Below are positions 19,853 to 29,929 of a stretch of 64,000 nt of DNA, in pieces (position 1 is the stretch's first letter; every line of letters begins with the position of its first letter). The position numbers were made by a program, and so were the translations under genes. The stretch spans positions 4,278,001 through 4,342,000 of the forward strand of contig NC_058375.1 in the NCBI RefSeq assembly GCF_018350175.1. The letters run 5' to 3'. Origin of the DNA: Felis catus (taxonomy: Eukaryota). The notes beneath the pieces were generated by a model. It saw only the letters and a list, made by a program, of their open reading frames with translations, did not search any database and was not told the DNA's origin.

Positions 19853-22800
19853 GTGAGTGAGGGGTCCCGTGCCTCTAGGACCTCTGCCCATCCTCTGTCC
19901 TCCTCAGTGAGGATCTTGCCCTTTCTGCCTCCCGAGCCACCTCCCATCCCTCCCCATCCTATGGTCACCACCTTCAAGCCTTGGCTGGACCTTCCCTGGC
20001 ACTTCTGCCCAGGTTCTGCTTTGTAATACGTGATTTTGTCCTGGCTGTTCGAGTGCTTTGTATTATAATCCCATTCCGGTCATTTCCGGGCTTTGGGACG
20101 TAAATAGGCAGTTAGGTTTTCCCCTGCTTTCGTGTCCTCCCCACTCCTCTCCAGGTTCAAACTCCTGTGTCTCCCCGATGGCAAGTGAGGAGGAGAGGGA
20201 AGGCACTGGGAGCATATGCTTTGGGAACCTAGCAAAGATACCTGAGATTGGTGCCTTGCCTTTGGGAAGTTGACAGCCTAATAGAGAAAAATATGTTTCC
20301 CTCCTAAAAGAAGATAGTTATTTGCCATCTGTGCAAGTCACAGGCTTGGGAGGCTCGAGGACGCATTGGGACTCGGTGGCAGGATGCCTTAAACATGGCG
20401 CACATCTGACAGTCACCTCTACCCTCAAGACGCCTGGGCTCCCTTTCTGAGCCAGGTGAAGCCGCAGGCACCAGAGCGAGAGCAGAAGCCACAACCATCC
20501 AGAGGGAGGGGCAGCGGCCGCCACCTGGCTTGCACCTGTGCCTTCACCCTGCCCAGTTCCTGAGTAGGACCGCAGGCCCGGAAGGCCAAGGCAAACAGCC
20601 AGGGTTCGAGGAAGAAGGTTCTGGAGAGTCTGGCGCATGAGGACTGGCCCAAAGAGCCACAGATAGGAGCCCAGGTAGAGGAGACTTGGGGAAGAGGAGA
20701 CACATGGATGTCCGCTTCTGAAGGTGTCACCGTGGGAGGCAATGAGCACCCTCTGAGGGACTCATGGACACAAGTGATAGAAATGATAGAAGACCCTTCT
20801 AACAAGCAGAAGGGCTGGAAAGTGAAACGTGCTAGCACACTCTTCAAGCAGAGCTGAACCGTGTTCCTGTTGGGATCCAGTCAGCAGCTCCCGAGAGGCA
20901 CTGAGGAACACAGGCCCTCACCACGTTCACAAGTGTCCTGATGAGAGGGATACTAGGTAAACGAGGTTCGACAGGTGTGTGGTTAATTTTATACATCAAC
21001 CTGGCTAGGGTACGGTGCCCAGTTGTTTGGCCAAACACCAGTCTAGATGGGGCTGTGAAGGTTAACATTTAAACCAACAGGGTGAGTAAAGCAGATCGCT
21101 TTCCATTGTGTGGGTGGGCCTCATCCAATCAGTTGAAGACCTTAAAAGAAAAGATTGAGGTCCCCCCAAAAAGGAAGAAATTCTGCCTTCGAACTCAACA
21201 CTGCAGCTTTGACCACTGAGAGCATTTCCAGCCTGCCCTGCAAACGCCAGACTCACCAGCCCCACAATCATGTGAACCAATTCCTTAAAATAAACTTCTC
21301 TTTCTCTCTCTCTATCCAACTGGTTCTGTTTCTCTGCAGAACCCTGACTCACGCAGCAGGTTTCCCTGCTACAGGACTTCATCAGCCTTTCAACCCTAAT
21401 ATGCTCATCCAGGGAGGAATGGTTTGTGGTTTCTCCAAGTTGTAACCGCCCCTCCCCCCCCGCCCCCGCCCCCCCAAAGGCCTGTTAACACAGCTGAGTG
21501 TATGGTACAGGGCCCACAGTGAGGTCATGGTGGTAGGGGACGGGACAGATGCCCTCAGAGTTTCCTTTCTACCCTTCCCCCCACCCCCGACGCCAAGAGG
21601 GTCTCGGCAAGGCCTTGCTCCTCTGAGCTCTCAGCTGGGCTTTCTCTACAGGCCCGACAGCTTCAACGGTCACGGCTACCACCTCTTCCAGGCCATGCGG
21701 TTTGGCATCGAGGAGATAAACAACTCCACGGCCCTCCTGCCGAACGTCACCCTGGGATACCAGCTGTACGACGTGTGCTCGGAGTCTGCCAACGTGTATG
21801 CCACACTAAACGTGCTCTCCCTGCTGGGGACACATCACGTAGAGATCCGAGCAGACCCTTCCCACTATTCGCCTGCCGCCCTGGCTGTCATTGGGCCTGA
21901 CACCACCAACCACGCAGCCACCACTGCAGCCCTGCTGAGCCCCTTCCTGGTGCCCCTGGTGAGCTGGAGCCCGGGGGCCTGTCCATCTCCCCTGCCGGCA
22001 GGTCCAGTGTGGGCTGAGGGGGTGGGGGGGTGGGCAAGAGCTGCCATGCCCACTCTGAGTCTCCTGGGTGGTCACATTGCAGGGGGCCCTGCCCCCTTCA
22101 CAGTCCCCGCCCCAGCATCCCTTCCTCCCCAAGTGCTGCATCCAGACCTCCCTGCCTCAATGTCCTGAGAAAAACCGTCTCCTTTGAAACTGCTGCCCTT
22201 TGCTCTGCCCCCTCCATTCCATCTCCTCTGTGAAGAACGGAACACCCTTTGTTTCCCACCTCACACACTGGTCCACTTCTCCCCGCCCTCCTCCTTCCGG
22301 TCTTCCTTCCCTCCCTCCCAGCTCAGGCTCAGAGGTGTGGTCCCCCTCCCCCTCCAATGCTGTCCTCCTGGGCCTCACCCTCTCCTCTGCTCGTAGGCCT
22401 GTCCTAGGCTTCCTCCTCCGCCTATAAGCTGGCTTTACCCCTCTCTGTCTTCCAGGCACCTGTGGTCTTAGCGCTGCCCTCTCTCTGAACCTCGTTCCGT
22501 GGAAACTCTCTTCTTGTTTGCTTCTCCCTCTCATCACTTGCTTCCCGGGCCCCTGCCCTGACTGCTGCACCACCACTCCTGCTCTTGTGATCTCCAGGGC
22601 TTTCTAGATCTCCAGGTCCAGCAAATGCTTTTCAGCCCTTCTTTGCTTGACATGACGACTTTGTGACAAATTTGACCAGTCCTTCAGTGACGCTCTTGCC
22701 TCGGCATTTATGACCTGCCACCTCCCTCTCACTTGTGGTACCTCCTTCTCCTCCTCCTCCTTCTCAGTCTTCTTTGGAGAATCTCCTCCCCCCCTCTTCT

Positions 22801-25800
22801 GAAAAAGTGGATGATTCCCCGAGTGCAGGACCGCTCCCTTTCCCAGGCAGGTGCTGGGAGCAAACAACTTTCCCTACTCTTCAAGATTCTTCTGGCTGGT
22901 CTAAAGATTAAGTTGATGTGACACAGATGAACAGGAGAAAGTCAAAATCACGTATGTACAGGGAATCTACATAAACACGAGAGGTTCAAAGACAGGCAAA
23001 GTGAGGTTTATCTGCTATCCTGAACTATGGAGAAGTGGGTAGGGGTCAGACTTCAAAGGAAAGGAAGACAATTCATAGGAGAAGAGAGAGTGAATGTGTA
23101 TTACACAATGTTTGCTGGGCCATCCAGAAACATTGGGACATGGAGAGGAATTTTAACAAATCGGACTTTGCTAGGTTTCCCCCCACCCCCACCCCTGCTT
23201 ACCTCGCCTAGTTCCTATTGTAATGTAATTCTCTATGGTGAAGCTCCTGAACCTGGGGCAGCTTAGCTCTCTAAATTCTTTTGGGCAGTTAGGGGAAAGG
23301 ACAAAGTTTCCCCCTGGGTCTTTTGCGCCTTAATGATTTTCAACTGGAAATTAACCCACACGCCAAGGTGGCAGAACCTCTCCACAGGCCGTGGCCCCAC
23401 GGCTCCATCGCCCGTTCCCTAGCTTCTGTCCTGAGTTCTAAGCACTGAGCCTCATTTCTGGCTGCTCTTCCGGGGTCTCCACTTCATGCATCCAGCGGAC
23501 CCCCCAGCTGAACCTACCTCCCTATACAACTCAAGCCTCTCTGCTTCCTGCCCACTTGCCTTAAGAGTGACCACCTCCACTCAAGCCAGGAACCCGGTGG
23601 GCCACCTACATCCCTCCTTCCCCCACCCCCACAGTTAGCCCACCACCACGGTCTCTGCTTTTACCTTCTATGAGCTGCCGGGCCCATCCCTCTTCCCCGT
23701 CACCGCTGCCACGGCTCAAACTCAGGCTGCCAAGCTGTCTCTTCGGGATGACTCCAGCAGTCTCCTAGGGAGTTCTTCCTGACTCTGGTCTTGAGCCTTT
23801 TCTAACACATTCTTCACTGAAATCAGATACACCCCTGAAACACAAGTCTGGGCAGATTACCTCTCTGCCTAGACATTTAAGGGGCTCCCCAGGGCCTGCA
23901 GATAAAGACCAAGTATCTTAGCTATCTTGGTGCCAGGAGTAAGGCCTCCTGCCCTGACCAGACACGCCTACTTTTGTGCTCCTTCTTCCGGCTTCCAACC
24001 TCCTGGGTCAGTTCTCTCACTGGGTGTAGCTTTTGTTCTCTTCCCCTTCTTCTCCCACAAACCTCCCCCTGGGTTTCTGCCTCTTCTTTAGATGTAGCTG
24101 GTCGGCCTCCTAGTCCACCAGAGCTGTCCTTGAGAGCCAGGGCTGGGACCATGTCTCCCTCCTCCTCGGGTCCCCGCGCCCAGCACAGGGCCAGCACTTG
24201 GAGGCTCTGAGTTGAGGCCAAGGCCACTGAAGTCGCTGAACTGAACCCCCCCCCCGGCCCCCCTCCGCAGATCAGCTACGAGGCCAGCAGCGTGACGCTC
24301 GGAGTGAAGCGGCATTACCCCTCGTTTCTGCGCACCATCCCCAGCGACAAGCACCAGGTGGAGGCCATGGTGCTGCTGCTGCAGAGCTTCGGGTGGGTCT
24401 GGATCTCGGTGGTCGGCAGCGACGGCGACTACGGGCAGCTGGGGGTGCAGGCGCTGGAGGAGCAGGCCACCCAGCAGGGCATCTGCGTTGCCTTCAAGGA
24501 CATCATCCCCTTCTCTGCCCGGCCGGGCGACGAGAGGATGCAGGGCATCATGCACCACCTGGCCCGAGCGAGGACCACCGTTGTGGTCGTTTTCTCCAGC
24601 AGGCAGCTGGCCAGGGTGTTCTTTGAGTCGGTGGTGCTGGCCAACCTGACTGCCAAGGTGTGGATCGCCTCAGAAGACTGGGCCATCTCTAGACACATCA
24701 GCAATGTGCCCGGGATCCAGGGCATTGGCACAGTGCTGGGTGTGGCCATCCAGCAGAGGCTTGTCCCTGGCCTGAAGGAGTTTGAAGAGGCCTATGTCCA
24801 GGCAGATAAGGGGGCCCCTGGGCCTTGCTCCAGGACCTCCGAGTGCAGCAGCAACCAGCTCTGTAGAGAGTGTCGGGCTTTCACGGCAGAGCAGATGCCC
24901 ACGCTCGGGGCATTCTCCATGAGCTCTGCTTATAACGCCTACCGGGCAGTCTACGCAGTGGCCCATGGCCTCCACCAGCTCCTGGGCTGTGCCTCTGGAG
25001 CCTGTTCCAGGGACCGAGTCTACCCCTGGCAGGTAAGGTAGCCCAGACCCCGGCACCCTGAAACGGGGTGCTTTCCTAAGGCAAACAGAGTGATCCCTCT
25101 CTGGCCAACTGAGTGCCGGGGGTGGGGGACAAAGGCCACCCATCAGAAGGCTAATTCCTTCTCTTGGGCTTCACTTCTCTGACCTCGGCCCCTCCCACCA
25201 CCATGCTCCAGACCCAGGGCTAAAAATCTCTGGGAAACGGGCCTTTTTAGAAGCTTCCTCTCACTCAGGAGGCCAGTTGGGAGGGTCGAGGGGCTTCCTT
25301 GGAAGGGAGGGGGCTCTGAATTTCCAGACAGACTGAAACCACCCAAATAGAAGCATTTGCTTCCTAAGCCTTCCGGGTCTGGGAGAGTTGAGGAGGAGCA
25401 GCCTGCGTCATCTGTGGCTGCTCCATGATCCCCGTTTATCTCAGCTTCTGGAGCAGATCCGCAAGGTGAATTTCCTCCTACACAAGGACACCGTGAGGTT
25501 TAATGACAACGGGGACCCTCTCAGTGGCTACGACATAATTGCCTGGGACTGGAGTGGCCCCAAGTGGAACTTCAGGGTCATTGGCTCCTCCATGTGGCCT
25601 CCAGTTCAGCTGGACATAAATAAAACCAAAATCCGGTGGCACGGGAAGGACAACCAGGTAATGGAGCCATGGTCACTCACCAAGTCACCGCCTTACGGGC
25701 AGCCTGGAGCCTGAAGTCACTGTCGACACAGCTCACACGGAGCAGGAGGGGGCCCCGGGTGCCAGGCCAACGTGGCTCTATCCAGCCCTGCCAGGGAAGC

Positions 25801-28017
25801 CCCACAGACCGCACCCAGATGGCCGGCTGCAGCTGGTATACACAACCAGGGGCTGTGCCCTGGGAGTGAGCTGTGAGGGCAGATGCACGGAGACTCCCAT
25901 TCGCCATGTGAGCATCCCTTGACTTGGGCCACTCCATGTGGTTCCAGAACACCTGTGGCTTCTTGCAGGTGCCAAAGTCTGTGTGCTCCAGCGACTGCCT
26001 CGAAGGGCACCAGCGAGTGATTTCGGGTTTCTACCACTGTTGCTTTGAGTGTGTGCCCTGTGAGGCCGGGAGCTTCCTCAACAAGAGCGGTGAGTGTCCA
26101 AATGAGTGGGAGAATGACTGGGCACTCCCAGGGTCTGTATGGCAGATGAGGGGATCTCCCTTGGGCCACGCACGTGCAGAACCAGAGCCTTGCTCCCTCT
26201 GTTGCCAGTTGAGGTACAGGTTGTAGAATATTTGCCACCAGACTGAGTTCTGATGAAGCAGAAACCAACAACCAGTTGAAATCCTCAGGTCCCCTACGTC
26301 TTTTACTAGAGGGCTCCTGATGCAATCCCTGCAGATGCAATCTTATCCTAAATTCAACCTTTTTATGCGAACAGATGTAGTTATGTTCCCTTGTCCCCTC
26401 CCATGCTGTCTGTGTGAAGTCCCTTCCGTCGCCCCTGCCAAAGACAGCCAGCACCTTGGACAGCTTGGCCTTGATGCAGATACTATTGTATCCGCAGACA
26501 AGAAACATAGCATACTCCACCCAGTGATGATGCAAGGTCAAGATCAGAGAGCAAACTCAGGTAGCTAAGGGCTCAGCCCAGAGCTGGACTCTGTGAGCCA
26601 CGTTCTTTCCTTTTACTATCTCTGTGGGCGTGAGAACACATCTCTTCTGTTCTCAGAGAGTCAGAGAAACCACAGAATGGCAGCACAGATAGGGGGCTTT
26701 GGGTAATGGAAGCGCTGGGGAGATGAAAATGCCCTTCCTTTGGGGCCGGTTGCTCCTATTGGATCATAGCCTCACTGGCACGTGGGCAGAGCTACCAGAG
26801 TAAGGCCCTCTCTAAGGATCTCTCGGTTTGCAAGCCCCTTCTGGGATCATAAGCCATACAGAACCTACCCAAGGGTCTCCAGAATCTGCAATTAACACAG
26901 GCATCTGGAGGAAACACTTGGCCGCGGGGCCCCACTCAGGGCTACCCCCTATCTCGCTGTGTGCAGTAGGAGCCCGGCTTCTGGGGTACAGCGCTCCCAG
27001 CACCTTGCAGGCCTACATGGCTTCCCTTCCTCATTCCTGCTCTGCTCATCCAGCTCTCAGGAGCCCCCTCCACCTTTTCTTCCAGACCTCCACAGCTGCC
27101 AGCCTTGTGGGAAAGAAGAGTGGGCACCCGCGGGAAGTGAAACCTGCTTTCCACGCACCGTGGTGTTTTTGACTTGGCACGAGACCATCTCTTGGGTGCT
27201 GCTGGCAGCTAATACGTTGCTGCTGCTGCTGGTGACTGGGACTGCTGGCCTGTTTGCCTGGCACTTAGACACCCCTGTGGTGAAGTCCGCTGGGGGCCGA
27301 CTGTGCTTCTTCATGCTGGGCTCCCTGGCAGGGGGCAGCTGTGGGCTCTACGGCTTTTTTGGGGAGCCCACGCTGCCCACATGCTTGTTGCGCCAAAGCC
27401 TCCTTGCCCTGGGTTTTGCCATCTTCCTGTCCTGCCTGACCATCCGCTCCTTCCAACTGGTCTTCATCTTCAAGTTTTCTGCCAAGGTACCCACCTTCTA
27501 CCGTGCCTGGGTCCAAAACCACGGTCCTGGCCTATTTGTGGTGATCAGCTCAATGGCCCAGCTGCTCATCTGTCTAACTTGGCTGGCGGTGTGGACCCCA
27601 CTGCCCACCAGGGAGTACCAGCGCTTCCCTCAGCTGGTGGTGCTTGATTGCACAGAGGCCAACTCACCGGGCTTCATGTTGGCTTTCGCCTACAATGGCC
27701 TCCTGTCCGTCAGCGCCTTTGCCTGCAGCTACCTGGGCAAGGACCTGCCAGAGAACTACAACGAGGCCAAATGTGTCACTTTTAGTCTGCTGCTCAACTT
27801 CGTGTCCTGGATTGCCTTCTTCACCACGGCCAGCGTCTACCAGGGCAAGTACTTGCCCGCGGTCAACGTGCTGGCGGCGCTGAGCAGCCTGAGTGGCGGC
27901 TTCAGCGGTTATTTCCTCCCCAAGTGCTACGTGATCCTGTGCCGCCCAGATCTCAACAGCACAGAGCACTTCCAGGCCTCCATCCAGGAGTACACGAGGC
28001 GCTGCGGCTCCACCTGA
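19662..28017 (+). CDS. TAS1R1: Taste receptor type 1 member 1 (umami receptor subunit, class C GPCR); intact, 6 exons, 841 aa
   Basis: join(19662..19852,21652..21958,24271..25032,25445..25657,25969..26089,27086..28017) = 2526 nt. Signal peptide, Venus-flytrap domain, Cys-rich domain, 7TM, C-terminus TRRCGST; no frameshift or premature stop. Confidence 0.97.
20422..20600 (+). repeat. 179-bp direct repeat, copy 2 (TAS1R1 intron 1)
   Basis: Matches 19335-19513 at 175/179 positions; offset 1087 bp; no indels. Confidence 0.95.
20976..21354 (+). mobile_element. MLT2-family (ERVL) solo LTR in TAS1R1 intron 1
   Basis: Starts tgtgtggttaattttat; contains gggtgggcctcatccaatcagttgaag and ccaattccttaaaataaac; ends ctgtttctctgcagaaccctgact. 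Confidence 0.8.
21652..21958 (+). CDS. TAS1R1: TAS1R1 exon 2
   Basis: ctacag|[17 protein letters not shown]...SPFLVPL|gtgagc. Confidence 0.96.
22800..23400 (-). mobile_element. Probable ERV1-class solo LTR within L2-like sequence, TAS1R1 intron 2
   Basis: Abrupt compositional change; taagttgatgtgacacagatgaacaggagaaa resembles antisense LTR; family not determined. Confidence 0.4.
24271..25032 (+). CDS. TAS1R1: TAS1R1 exon 3
   Basis: ccgcag|ISYEASS...RVYPWQ|gtaagg. Confidence 0.96.
25445..25657 (+). CDS. TAS1R1: TAS1R1 exon 4
   Basis: tctcag|[10 protein letters not shown]...WHGKDNQ|gtaatg. Confidence 0.96.
25969..26089 (+). CDS. TAS1R1: TAS1R1 exon 5
   Basis: ttgcag|[16 protein letters not shown]...HCCFECVPC...LNKS|gtgagt. 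Confidence 0.96.
27086..28017 (+). CDS. TAS1R1: TAS1R1 exon 6 (7TM domain)
   Basis: ttccag|[14 protein letters not shown]...[11 protein letters not shown]...TRRCGST-TGA. Confidence 0.96.
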
Positions 28018-28222
28018 CCAGTGGGGCGGGCAGGGCCTAGCCGGGGAGGTGGGGGGTGGGGGGTGAAGGGGTAGAAGGTGGGGTAGGGGCGCCTCCCCTG
28101 CCCTGAGGGTCGAAGGTCGAGCGAGGCGAGCGGGCCCCGCGCCCTCCGGGAGGCCTTTTGGACTCCTGTCTTGGCTCGGGTAGTGTACGCTCACGGGAGT
28201 CCAGTCCAGGCTCCGAGCTGCC

Positions 28223-28228
28223 AATAAA
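28223..28228 (+). terminator. TAS1R1 polyadenylation signal
   Basis: First AATAAA, about 205 nt after the TGA. Confidence 0.7.
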
Positions 28229-28530
28229 GCGGTGAAACATGCGTCCTGGCTGCTCTAGCTGTCTGAAGCGAGGGTGGGGCGCTGCCTTCTCGACTGCGGA
28301 CGCCGCGGGAGCCGACCGCAGCCGGAACCCCGGCACTCGGCCCCAGCCCCGAGGGCGCAGCTTGACGTTGCTAAGCAACTCGGGGACGTCAGCCCTGGCA
28401 GAGCGATCTGGGCCAAGCCCCCTCTCCCCATACCATTGGCCGTTCTCTGCCTGGTCCCGCCCCAGGGGCGGAGCTATAAGCCCTGTACCTCCTGGTTTCC
28501 CAGCGCGTCCGGCGCTCCCTGACGTCACGT

Positions 28531-28531
<1 letters not shown>

Positions 28532-28564
<33 letters not shown>

Positions 28565-28570
28565 CGGCGG
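28532..28570 (+). repeat. (CGG)10 CGA (CGG)2 trinucleotide repeat
   Basis: Read directly from the sequence. Confidence 0.95.
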
Positions 28571-29239
28571 CGTCTCCGTACGGTCGGCCGGGCACGTACC
28601 GCCCGGGCAGTTGGTCAGTGGGGCTCTGGAGGCGACGAGGTCCGGGGTCTGTGGGGCCGTCGCAGGGAGGACAGGCCCGGGTGAGGAGTTCGGAGGCAGC
28701 AGGGTGTGGGAGGGAAGGGCTGCGGGCCGCCGTGGCCGCCAACTGGAGTGTGACTGCGACCGCCTTCCGCCCGGCCGCCCCAGACGTGTGGGCACGGCGT
28801 GGGTTCTGCTCACCTGTCCGCACCCGCAGCTTCCCTACCACGGGTCCCCTCGCTCTGCCAGGCCGATCAGTTCGCTCTGATTCTCCGTCTCTTTCCCCCA
28901 CACTGATTCCTTCCACCCGCACCTCTTCACGACCCTGTCCTGTTCTCCGCCAAGCCATGCTTCCGTCCCCAACCTAGTCCGTCTGTGCCCCCGCCACACA
29001 CTGTCTCTGGCCCACCCAGTATGGCCTGCTCACCTGGCTCCCACTCCCAGGGAGGTGTTCAGTCCATTCCTGTCTGAGCTGACTTCCTCTAACGTTGACC
29101 TAAGCCCTCGTTGAGATAAACATGACCGAGTACCGTCCACCTCCCCTTTTGTTCTCCCCAGTCCGGGGGCTTCCCCTTGCTCCTCCTGGGTTGGGCTTGC
29201 CAGGATGTCACTTCTACCTTCCTCTCCTCCAGACAGACC

Positions 29240-29929
29240 ATGGACGGCTCCTTCATCCAGCACAGTGTGAGGGTTCTGCAGGAGCTCAACAAGCAGCGAG
29301 AGAAGGGCCAGTACTGCGATGCCACCCTGGACGTGGGAGGCCTGGTGTTCAAGGCACACTGGAGTGTCCTTGCCTGCTGCAGCCACTTCTTCCAGAGCCT
29401 CTATGGGGATGGCTCAGGGGGCAGTGTTGTCCTCCCTGCCGGCTTTGCTGAGATCTTTGGTCTCCTGTTGGACTTTTTCTATACTGGTCACCTTGCTCTC
29501 ACCTCCGGAAACCGGGATCAGGTGCTTTTGGCAGCAAGGGAGTTGCGAGTGCCAGAGGCTGTGGAGCTTTGCCAGAGTTTCAAGCCCAAAACCTCAGTGG
29601 GGCAGGCATCAAGTGGCCAGAGTGGGCTGGGGAAACCTACCCCCCGGAATGTAAACAGCCACCTCAAGGAGCCTGCCGGCTTGGAGGAAGAGGAAGTTTC
29701 GAAGACACTGGGTCAAGTCCCCAGAGACCAGGAGATCAGTGGCAGCCACAGCCCCGACAGGCCCCAGCTTGGTCTCCCGGCCCCGAGTGAGGGCCCCTCC
29801 TTCCACCGTGGGAAACTCAAGCAAGCCTTGAAGCTTTGTCCCCCAGAAGACAAGGAGCCTGAGGATTGCAAAGCACCTCCAAGACCCTTTGAGGCTGAAG
29901 GTGTCCAGCTGCAGGGCGGGAATAATGAG
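29240..29929 (+). CDS. ZBTB48: ZBTB48 first coding exon (BTB)
   Basis: accATGg; [27 protein letters not shown]...GGNNE|gtactg. Confidence 0.95.

Larger units (their letters stand above)
28100..28850 (+). promoter_or_regulatory. CpG island / ZBTB48 promoter and probable non-coding first exon
   Basis: CpG-rich; X-box palindrome GTTGCTAAGCAAC 28367-28379, ATTGG 28435-28439, TATAAG 28475-28480, CRE TGACGTCA 28520-28527; candidate donor GG|gtgagg at 28681. Confidence 0.8.

Noticed and set aside
19335-20600. Direct repeats read as LTRs of a retroelement or as a CRISPR-like array
   Set aside because: No TG...CA ends, primer-binding site, polypurine tract or TSD; only two copies; the interior is host promoter and exon.
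19662-28017. TAS1R1 pseudogenisation, as in some carnivorans
   Set aside because: All six exons splice in frame to 841 aa with canonical sites and key residues retained.
28037-28977. Overlapping 190-260 aa ORFs with poly-Gly/Pro/Ala at the ZBTB48 promoter
   Set aside because: Translations of the CGG repeat and CpG island; the recognisable BTB protein starts at 29240.
29177-29239. N-terminal extension of ZBTB48 in the ORF track
   Set aside because: Non-ATG start within pyrimidine-rich acceptor/5'UTR sequence; accATGg at 29240 gives the expected 688-aa protein.
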